From: Candidatus Shapirobacteria bacterium
GTDB lineage: Bacteria; Patescibacteriota; Microgenomatia; UBA12405
Length of the DNA stretch: 24,000 bases
Reading direction: 5' to 3'
NCBI GenBank assembly: GCA_028709405.1
Contig: JAQVXB010000001.1
Coordinates: 661-24,660, forward strand
The notes under the pieces are model-generated. The model was not told where the DNA came from, did no database searches, and saw nothing but the letters and a program-made list of their open reading frames with translations. The position numbers were made by a program, and so were the translations under genes. Positions 17,257 through 24,000 of this stretch are shown one piece after another (the stretch's first letter is position 1; each line of letters opens with the position of its first letter).

Positions 17257-18230
17257 AAATTAGAAAAATAGAAATTTCTCACAAAACTATAATTTTTACC
17301 GTTGCTTTTTTATTGGCTTTAGCTTTTTTCTGGCAAATTAGAAGTATTATTATTCTCGTTTTTGTCGGTTTTGTTTTAATGGAGGCAATAAATCCCCTTG
17401 TTGTTTATCTTGAAAAAGTAAAAATACCCAGAATCCTTGCGATCTTGATCGTTTATATTCTGATTTTTGTCATTATTTCTTTTGCTGTTTCTGGTTTAAT
17501 TCCAATTCTTATTGAACAAACAGCTGGTTTAGTTAACAGCTTACCTCAAATAATTCAAAGTGTGAAAATTTTTAGTGAAAATAATATTGACTTATCTTCT
17601 CAATTTAAAATTTTAGAAACTATTCCTTCAAATATTGCTAAAATTGCTGTTTCCGTAGTATCTAATGTCTTTTCCGGATTAATTATTTTTGTAATTACTT
17701 TTTATCTATTATTGGAAAAAAATAATTTTCCTAAATATGGTGATAATCTTTTCGGTGAAAAAGGTAAAGTAAAATTTTTAAAAATTATAAAGTATATTGA
17801 ATCAAGCCTTGGAAGTTGGGTTAATGCTCAACTTTTACTAATGTTTATTATCGGAATAATTTCTTATTTCGGTTATCTAATTCTTGGCATAAAATATGCA
17901 GTTCCTTTAGCTATCTTAGCTGGTCTCTTAGAAGCAGTTCCTAATATAGGTCCAATTATTACAACAGTTGTTGCTGGTCTTTTTGCTTTAACTATTTCTC
18001 CAATTACAGCATTATTTACTGTTGTTTTTGGTATTCTAGTCCAACAATTGGAAAACAATTTTATTGTTCCTAAAGTCATGAGTAAAACAGTTGGTCTTAA
18101 TCCTTTAGTAACAATTATCTTAATTGCTTCTGGCGGTAAATTGGGGGGTATTGCTGGTGCTGTTTTAGCTATTCCTCTTTTTTTAACTGCTCAAGCCATA
18201 ATTAAAGGCCTTTCTAAAGATTCAGAATAA
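17253..18230 (+). CDS. AI-2E family transporter / PerM-like membrane protein
   Basis: Multi-TM protein with LAGLLEAVPNIGPIITTV and QQLENNFIVPKVMSKTVGLNPLVTIILIASGGKLGGIAGAVLAIPL. Confidence 0.92.
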   Translation: MKIRKIEISHKTIIFTVAFLLALAFFWQIRSIIILVFVGFVLMEAINPLVVYLEKVKIPRILAILIVYILIFVIISFAVSGLIPILIEQTAGLVNSLPQIIQSVKIFSENNIDLSSQFKILETIPSNIAKIAVSVVSNVFSGLIIFVITFYLLLEKNNFPKYGDNLFGEKGKVKFLKIIKYIESSLGSWVNAQLLLMFIIGIISYFGYLILGIKYAVPLAILAGLLEAVPNIGPIITTVVAGLFALTISPITALFTVVFGILVQQLENNFIVPKVMSKTVGLNPLVTIILIASGGKLGGIAGAVLAIPLFLTAQAIIKGLSKDSE

Positions 18231-18235
18231 AAATC

Positions 18236-18479
18236 CTAAAGACATTGATAAGCCGGATTCTGTTTAGAAGCTATCAATCTACTCTCTCTACCTGAAACTC
18301 TCAAAAGCTAGATATTAACGTTTCATCTTGAGATTTCCACCAGAAGGATGCTCGTTTCATATTTCTCGTCTCTGTAGCAGCGCCCAAAGCTCACGCCCTG
18401 GCCCCTTAGGACTTCTGTGCTTTTTGTGGTCCGGACTTTCCTCCCCGACAAGTCGGGGTAAGCCTCTCAATCTCTTTAG
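18236..18479 (-). ncRNA. rnpB: RNase P RNA, compact form (about 244 nt)
   Basis: Minus strand contains GAGGAAAGTCCGGACCAC, CUACAGAGACGAGAA, ACAGAAUCCGGCUUAUC. Ends pair as P1: CTAAAGAGATTGA / TCAATGTCTTTAG (12 of 13 bp). Confidence 0.9.
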
Positions 18480-18488
18480 GACATGTCT

Positions 18489-18517
18489 ATTATAGCTTTA
18501 AATATTAATACAAACAA
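18489..18517 (-). promoter_or_regulatory. rnpB promoter
   Basis: Minus strand TTGTTT (18517-18512) - N17 - TATAAT (18494-18489), 9 nt before the P1 5' end. Confidence 0.7.
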
Positions 18518-18520
18518 ATA

Positions 18521-18546
18521 CCCCTCCAAAAATTTGGAGGGGTTTT
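18521..18546 (-). terminator. Hairpin terminator between the 57-aa gene and rnpB
   Basis: cccctccaa-aaat-ttggagggg, with T-rich flanks on both sides. Confidence 0.7.
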
Positions 18547-18568
18547 AATTCTAATCTAATCTTTATTT

Positions 18569-18742
18569 TTATAATAAAGCTGCATCAGCGGCTGATAAGA
18601 TTTTGAACATTTTGGTTCCAGTTTCTGGATCAATAGTTTCAGCAGCTGGTCTACCGTTTTTTAACATAACTTTTTTAACTTTGTTTACGTCAACCTCGAC
18701 AGACTTACGTGATTTAACGTTATAAAATTTAATTGTTGGCAT
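18569..18742 (-). CDS. Small conserved-looking protein (57 aa), function unknown
   Basis: ORF absent from the track: MPTIKFYNVKSRKSVEVDVNKVKKVMLKNGRPAAETIDPETGTKMFKILSADAALL*; strong SD gggaggtg; own terminator downstream. Confidence 0.75.
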   Translation of the reverse strand: MPTIKFYNVKSRKSVEVDVNKVKKVMLKNGRPAAETIDPETGTKMFKILSAADAALL

Positions 18743-18775
18743 TAATCTTCACCTCCCTTATAAAAATAATAATTT

Positions 18776-18883
18776 TTAATAAGCATTTTTAAGATAATAA
18801 ATAACTATAATAGCCCCAATCGAAATCAAACTCAAGATTAAGCTTCTCAATAAATCTTTTTTAATATATTTATTTTCGTTCAT
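18776..18883 (-). CDS. Possible 35-aa single-pass membrane peptide
   Basis: MNENKYIKKDLLRSLILSLISIGAIIVIYYLKNAY*; basic/polar N-terminus plus TM stretch, upstream of and co-oriented with the 57-aa gene. Confidence 0.45.
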   Translation of the reverse strand: MNENKYIKKDLLRSLILSLISIGAIIVIYYLKNAY

Positions 18884-18935
18884 TATGTGTTTCTATCGCC
18901 AGTATAGCATATTGTTTTGCTACAATTAATAATCG

Positions 18936-19286
18936 ATGTCCTTCTTAATATATTTAATATTAACAATCAATTTTTTGTGGCTTGGCTACCTAACCTATCT
19001 AGTTTATATTAAAAATAATTCTAAAAATAAAGCTGCAGATTTAAATCAATTAGACAATAACCTAAAAATAGGTATTACTAGATTTAATCCTTTCGATGAT
19101 GTTGGTGGTGATCAAAGTTTTATTTTAACTATTTTAGATAAAAATAATTCTGGAGCCATTATTACTTCTCTCCATAATCGTGATGTCACTAGAATTTATG
19201 CCAAACCAATTAAAAACGGTTTTGGTGAAAATATCACTTTGTCAAAGGAAGAAAAATCCGCTATAGTTAAAACTATTAAAAATTAA
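18936..19286 (+). CDS. DUF4446 family protein
   Basis: N-terminal TM; ITRFNPFDDVGGDQSFILTILDKNNSGAIITSLHNRDVTRIYAKPI...LSKEEKSAI pattern. Confidence 0.82.
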   Translation: MSFLIYLILTINFLWLGYLTYLVYIKNNSKNKAADLNQLDNNLKIGITRFNPFDDVGGDQSFILTILDKNNSGAIITSLHNRDVTRIYAKPIKNGFGENITLSKEEKSAIVKTIKN

Positions 19287-19293
19287 TTTTTAA

Positions 19294-20562
19294 ATGAATA
19301 AAAATTTATTAAAAATAACCGGATACCTGGGTGTTTTTTTATTTGTTACCGGTATTTCGTATTATTTATTTGATTATTTAATTCCTTCTGGGTCTGGAAT
19401 TTCTCTTTCTCCTGGTGGCACAGAAATTAATAAAGATAAAACAGAAGAAGATGCTTCTTCGACCAATACTTACACTGGTCCAAAAACTGAAATATGTCCT
19501 ATAAATGGTCAACTTTACACTAAAGAGGAAAAAGCTATTTGGTCAACCCGTCGGCCTCTTCTTGTTATGATCGAAAACCATGAAGACTCTCGTCCTCAAT
19601 CAGGTCTTCAATCTGCAGACATTGTCTACGAAGCCGTTGCTGAAGGTGGAATTACCCGATTTATGGGAGTTTTTTATTGTGGTATAGTTGCTAGTCAGGC
19701 TGATTTAGATGCTAAGTATGACGTCGGTCCTGTTCGTTCAGCTAGAACTTATTTTCTAGATATTGCTTCAGAATACTCTGATTACCCTCTATATAACCAC
19801 GTTGGTGGAGCCAATTGTTCTGCTCCTAAAGACCCAGTTACTGGTCGTCAATCAGGTCCTTGTACTACTAATAAAAAAGCCCAAGCCTTAGAACAAATTG
19901 CTCAATATGGTTGGAATAATCAAGGAACCTGGAGTGATTTAAGTCAATTTTCCCTTTCCTACAAGGCTTGTCGACGTGAACCAGATCGAACTGGCGACGA
20001 AAGAGCAACTGAACACACTATGTATTGTTCTACCACTGAACTTTGGAATATTGCCGAAAACAGAGGTCTCACTAATATAACCGAGGCTAAAAAGAGTTCT
20101 TGGGATAAATCATATAAACCATGGCTATTTACCCAAAAAGATTCAACCTCAAATTCTGCTTCTACTATTTCTTTTGACTTTTGGTCTGGCTACAAAGGTT
20201 ATTCTGTTTCTTGGAAATACGACCCATCGTCAAATCTCTATCTGCGTAGTAATGGTGGAAAGGAACAGACTGATTTTAATACCAAAAAAACTATCACTGC
20301 CAAAAATATTATTATTCAGTTTACTAAAGAATCAAGATCTGTTGATGAACATTTTCATAATCTCTATGAGATGATTGGTAGTGGTAAGGGTATTTTGTAC
20401 CAAAATGGTAATAAAATTGATATTACTTGGTCAAAAGCCAATCGAACAGCCAGAACTATTTTTAAAGATGCCAGTAATAAAGAAGTTAATTTCGTCCCAG
20501 GTAATATTTGGGTTGAAATATTACCATTAAATACTAACGTTTCTTATGAAAATTCAAACTAG
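19294..20562 (+). CDS. DUF3048 domain-containing protein (YerB-like)
   Basis: RRPLLVMIENHEDSRPQSGLQSADIVYEAVAEGGITRFMGVFY; GPVRSARTYFLDIASEYSDYPLYNHVGGA. Confidence 0.88.
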   Translation: MNKNLLKITGYLGVFLFVTGISYYLFDYLIPSGSGISLSPGGTEINKDKTEEDASSTNTYTGPKTEICPINGQLYTKEEKAIWSTRRPLLVMIENHEDSRPQSGLQSADIVYEAVAEGGITRFMGVFYCGIVASQADLDAKYDVGPVRSARTYFLDIASEYSDYPLYNHVGGANCSAPKDPVTGRQSGPCTTNKKAQALEQIAQYGWNNQGTWSDLSQFSLSYKACRREPDRTGDERATEHTMYCSTTELWNIAENRGLTNITEAKKSSWDKSYKPWLFTQKDSTSNSASTISFDFWSGYKGYSVSWKYDPSSNLYLRSNGGKEQTDFNTKKTITAKNIIIQFTKESRSVDEHFHNLYEMIGSGKGILYQNGNKIDITWSKANRTARTIFKDASNKEVNFVPGNIWVEILPLNTNVSYENSN

Positions 20563-21142
20563 CTTAAAGCAACTTTTAGTTTCTCAAACTAGATTAAAAC
20601 TAATTACTATTCTTTTTTCCAGCCCAAAAGAAATTTATTATGTCCGTCAATTAGTTCGTTTAGTTGAAGAAGAAATAAATTCAGTTCGTCGCGAACTAGA
20701 TAATCTCAAAAAAGTTGGAATCGTTGAATCGGAATGGCGAGGTAATCGACTTTATTATTGGGCCAATAAACAATCACCTATTTTTTATGATCTCCTAATT
20801 TTAGCCAATAAAAATTCTGGCCTTGGGCTAAAATTACAACATAAAAATGAAACTCTAAGTCCCATAAAATTAGTTTTATATAATTATAAATTTGCTGTCG
20901 GTGAAAAAAGAAATCAAGACGGTATTGATTTAATTATTGTTGGTGATTTATTTTCTCTTAAAGAAGTTGGTCTTTTAATTAAACAAGAAGAAGAAATTCG
21001 TGGTCACGAGATTAATTATATGGTTATGGATAAAGAGGAATTTCAAATGCGAAAGCAAAAAAGAGACCAATTTATTGTCGACTTTTTTTTAAGCTGTCCA
21101 ATAGTTATAATAGGGAGCTCTTCAGAAATTGCTAGTATTTAA
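20546..21142 (+). CDS. Winged-helix transcriptional regulator fused to a degenerate nucleotidyltransferase-like domain
   Basis: wHTH: LITILFSSPKEIYYVRQLVRLVEEEINSVRRELDNLKKVGIVESEWRGNRLYYWAN; C-terminal GIDLIIVGD...EINYMVMDKEEFQMR resembles the pol-beta/MNT family without a clear GS motif. Confidence 0.72.
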   Translation: MKIQTSLKQLLVSQTRLKLITILFSSPKEIYYVRQLVRLVEEEINSVRRELDNLKKVGIVESEWRGNRLYYWANKQSPIFYDLLILANKNSGLGLKLQHKNETLSPIKLVLYNYKFAVGEKRNQDGIDLIIVGDLFSLKEVGLLIKQEEEIRGHEINYMVMDKEEFQMRKQKRDQFIVDFFLSCPIVIIGSSSEIASI

Positions 21143-21146
21143 TAAA

Positions 21147-21335
21147 ATGACTCAACTTAGAAAAGTAATAAAAACTGGAAATAGTTTAGCCCTAACTATT
21201 CCTTCAAAATCAATCAAGGATTTTAATGTTAAAGAAGGGGATATGGTTTTAGTTAAAGTTAATAAAAGTAAGGCCTCAATTAGCTATATTTTTTCCGGCC
21301 ATCCTCGACAACTTTCTCTTATTGCTTCCAAGTAA
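21147..21335 (+). CDS. AbrB/MazE-like (SpoVT-AbrB fold) DNA-binding protein
   Basis: MTQLRKVIKTGNSLALTIPSKSIKDFNVKEGDMVLVKVNKSKASISYIF. The longer track start at 21129 overlaps the previous gene. Confidence 0.8.
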   Translation: MTQLRKVIKTGNSLALTIPSKSIKDFNVKEGDMVLVKVNKSKASISYIFSGHPRQLSLIASK

Positions 21336-21337
21336 TT

Positions 21338-22714
21338 ATGCCCAATGCAAATAAAACTATCAGGATTTTTTGGACAATTTTAGCCCTAACTTTTGTTTGT
21401 TTAATAATAAATTTACCAAAGCAAATCCCTCTGGATATTAATTTAGGAAAAATAAGTTTTCAACATACTTTTTATCGTCCCGATTTTAGTTTTAAAATTG
21501 GCCAAAAAGAGTTCAAAAAAGATTTAGACCTCAAATTTGGATTAGATCTTGCCGGCGGCGCCTCTCTTACTTTTAATATTGATACCTCAGAAGTAAAAAA
21601 AGAAGATATTTCTTCAGCTTTAGAGTCTTTAAAAAGTAACATTGAAAGAAGAATTAATTTATTTGGTGTTAGTGAAACTAATGTTCAGATTATTAAACAA
21701 GAAGAACAATACCGTCTAAAAGTAGAACTTCCTGGAGTAGAAGATGTTTCTAGTGCTGTTAAATTGATTGGAACCACTGCTCAATTAAAATTTAAAGGTG
21801 AAATAGAATTACCTCCAGAAGCCACAGCTTCTGCCACTTTTGAAGATGTTTTTTCCAAGGATACAGAACTAAACGGTTCTCATTTAACTAAAGCTTTTGT
21901 TCAAATTAACCCCAACAATTCCGAACCAGAAGTATCCCTCGAATTCAACGAGGAAGGATCCAAACTTTTTGCTACTGCCACCAAAGAGTTTTTAAATAAA
22001 AGAATAGCCATCTTAATTGATGATTATCCTATTACTTCTCCTCCAGTTGTCCAAGTTGTCATCACTGACGGCAAAGCTGTAATTAGTGGTAGTTTTGACA
22101 ATAAATCTGCCAAAGAATTAGCAGTTCAATTAAATGCCGGAGCTCTTCCTTTATCTATTGATTTAATTCAACAATCTCAAGTCGGAGCCACTTTAGGTAA
22201 AAATTCGATTGATAAAGGTATTTTTGCTGGAGTTGTAGGAATAATATTGGTCTCAATTTTTATGATTGGTAATTATGGCAAACTTGGACTAATTGCTGAT
22301 TTTGGTTTGATAATTTATGGATTAATTACCTTAACTCTCTATAGATTAATTCCTGTCACTTTAACTTTTCCTGGTATAGTTGGTTTTATTTTATCAATTG
22401 GTATGGCTGTCGATAGTAATGTTTTGATTTTTGAAAGGATGAAAGAAGAATTACGTAAAGGTAAGTCTTGGAACTCAGCCTTGGAACTTGGATTTGGTCG
22501 AGCCTGGACTTCAATTAAAGATGCTAATACTTGTGCTCTTATAACCGGTTTAATCTTATTTAATCCTTTTAATTGGAGTTTTCTTAATACTTCTGGCATG
22601 GTTAGGGGATTTGCAATTACCTTAATTTTAGGAATAACAGTTGGTATTTTTACTGGCGTCTTTGTTACTCGAAATTTATTACGTGTCTTAGCTAAGGAGA
22701 AAATAGAAAAATGA
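21338..22714 (+). CDS. secD: Protein translocase subunit SecD
   Basis: LGLDLAGGASLTFNID...VTDGKAVISGSFD...VGATLGKNSIDKGIFAGVVGIILVSIFMI...GIVGFILSIGMAVDSNVLIFERMKEEL. Confidence 0.95.
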   Translation: MPNANKTIRIFWTILALTFVCLIINLPKQIPLDINLGKISFQHTFYRPDFSFKIGQKEFKKDLDLKFGLDLAGGASLTFNIDTSEVKKEDISSALESLKSNIERRINLFGVSETNVQIIKQEEQYRLKVELPGVEDVSSAVKLIGTTAQLKFKGEIELPPEATASATFEDVFSKDTELNGSHLTKAFVQINPNNSEPEVSLEFNEEGSKLFATATKEFLNKRIAILIDDYPITSPPVVQVVITDGKAVISGSFDNKSAKELAVQLNAGALPLSIDLIQQSQVGATLGKNSIDKGIFAGVVGIILVSIFMIGNYGKLGLIADFGLIIYGLITLTLYRLIPVTLTFPGIVGFILSIGMAVDSNVLIFERMKEELRKGKSWNSALELGFGRAWTSIKDANTCALITGLILFNPFNWSFLNTSGMVRGFAITLILGITVGIFTGVFVTRNLLRVLAKEKIEK

Positions 22715-23574
22715 ATATTATGAAATTTCGCCCACTATTTTTAATTATTTCTTCTATACTATTAATTTCTTCCTTATTATCAATCGTTTTTTGGGGATTT
22801 AAACCATCAATCGATTTTGTTGGTGGTGCTGTTTGGGAAATTGATTTTCCCTCTGCTCCAGAAAATTCTAAAATAGAGGAAATTTTTATTGCCAATAATA
22901 TTAAAAATCTGGTTATTAGTAAAAATGACACCAGATATAAATTAGAATTTAAAGATATTAGTTCCGATGAAAAAATAGCTCTAGATGAAGAAATTACAAA
23001 ATTAGACGAAGATTATCAAGAGTTAAAATTTGAAACATTAGGCCCAAGTTTAGGTAAAGAATTATTTCAAAAAACCATTATAGCTATCATTTTATCCTGT
23101 ACTGCCCTTCTTCTTTTTATTAGCTATCGTTTTAAAGATTTTCATTTCGGAATCTCTGCTATTATCGCTTTAATCCACGATAGTATTGTCCTAATTGGTA
23201 GTTTTTCCATTTTAGGCCATTTTTTTGGAGCTGAATTAAATTCTCTTTTTGTTACCGCCCTTTTAACCACTCTTTCTCTTTCGGTCTATGATACTGTTGT
23301 TATTTTTGATCGTATTAGGGAAATTAAGAATCAAAATTATAAATTAGACTGGAAAGAGATCACTAACAAATCTATTGTTGAATCTTTAACTAGATCAATT
23401 AATACATCTGCTACCACTATTTTTACTTTAGCCGCATTAGTAGTTCTTGGTGGAGAAACAACTCGTTGGTTTTCTACTGCTCTTTTAATTGGAATCACTT
23501 GTGGTACCTATTCTTCTATCGGAGTAGCCATTCCTTTGGTTTTATTTTTCAAAAAACATCAACAGAGAAAATAA
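22711..23574 (+). CDS. secF: Protein translocase subunit SecF
   Basis: IDFVGGAVWEIDF...ALIHDSIVLIGSFSI...TTLSLSVYDTVVIFDRIREI...TSATTIFTLAALVVLGG; start overlaps secD stop. Confidence 0.95.
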   Translation: MNIMKFRPLFLIISSILLISSLLSIVFWGFKPSIDFVGGAVWEIDFPSAPENSKIEEIFIANNIKNLVISKNDTRYKLEFKDISSDEKIALDEEITKLDEDYQELKFETLGPSLGKELFQKTIIAIILSCTALLLFISYRFKDFHFGISAIIALIHDSIVLIGSFSILGHFFGAELNSLFVTALLTTLSLSVYDTVVIFDRIREIKNQNYKLDWKEITNKSIVESLTRSINTSATTIFTLAALVVLGGETTRWFSTALLIGITCGTYSSIGVAIPLVLFFKKHQQRK

Positions 23575-23576
23575 TT

Positions 23577-24000
23577 TTATTTATTTTCTTCAATTTTCTT
23601 CAACAAAATTTCTCTTTCGTTTAATTCCGGTTTTTCTTCTACCTCTTTAAAAATAGCTTCCAACACTTCTCCTACTTTTCGACTTGCTTTGATTTTTAAA
23701 ATATCCATTACGTCTTGCCCATTAATTTTTAAATCCTTAATCGAAAATGGTTGTTTTTGTACTTCCACAATTCTTTCTTTAAAAAGTTCCCATCGCCAAC
23801 TACTCTCTTTTGCTCCACTCCCCAGCCTATCAGCCCTTCTTAAAGCAATCATTTCATCAATATAGTCTAAAGTTACGTTTCGAATAAATCTTCTCACCGC
23901 TTTGTCAGTTTGAGTGGCCTCAGTAGTGAACATATGATATCTCACTAATTTAAATAACTGTTCCAACTCTTTGTTTGATAATCTTAATCTTTTACCAATA
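23577..24000 (-). CDS. tRNA nucleotidyltransferase / poly(A) polymerase family protein, C-terminal part, truncated by window edge
   Basis: Frame is open to 24000 (IGKRLRLSNKELEQLFKLVRYHMF...). IRNVTLDYIDEMIALRRADRLGSG and KDLKINGQDVMDILKIKASRKVGEVLEAIFKEV match the C-terminal region of CCA-adding enzymes. Confidence 0.85.
   Translation of the reverse strand, partial: IGKRLRLSNKELEQLFKLVRYHMFTTEATQTDKAVRRFIRNVTLDYIDEMIALRRADRLGSGAKESSWRWELFKERIVEVQKQPFSIKDLKINGQDVMDILKIKASRKVGEVLEAIFKEVEEKPELNEREILLKKIEENK

Noticed and set aside
20174-20374. 66-aa ORF inside the DUF3048 gene
   Set aside because: Alternate frame of a supported gene, no independent start signal.
21147-21335. AbrB-like protein as antitoxin of a toxin-antitoxin pair
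   Set aside because: No recognisable toxin next to it; the neighbouring wHTH protein looks regulatory, and the genes sit in a secDF operon.
1-24000. CRISPR array, transposon or prophage
   Set aside because: No regularly spaced repeats with unique spacers, no transposase, integrase or phage structural genes were seen.

Overview
AT-rich window with a gene order and protein style that look like a Candidate Phyla Radiation (Patescibacteria, probably Microgenomates-like) genome. The taxonomic call is inference. Positions 1-7998 hold the 3' part of the S10/spc/alpha ribosomal operon through rplM-rpsI, including secY, adk, infA, rpmJ and rpoA. There is no rpmD between rpsE and rplO and no map between adk and infA. 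After a pair of opposing terminators comes a minus-strand cassette of three unknown small genes (8247-9035) with a near-consensus promoter and strong Shine-Dalgarno sites. It is followed by uppP, a minus-strand OB-fold + DEDDy exonuclease fusion with a small overlapping partner gene, a tRNA-Pro(GGG) with a duplicated 3' end, recA-recX, rny, an HU gene, ychF-miaA, an AI-2E family transporter, a compact RNase P RNA on the minus strand, two small unannotated minus-strand ORFs, DUF4446 and DUF3048 genes, a wHTH/degenerate-nucleotidyltransferase gene, an AbrB-like gene, secD-secF, and the C-terminal part of a tRNA nucleotidyltransferase running off the edge. I see no CRISPR array, transposase or prophage. 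The best candidates for follow-up are the three-gene cassette, the OB-DEDDy exonuclease pair, and the tRNA 3'-end duplication with its alternative pairings. None of these can be called a new system from sequence alone.
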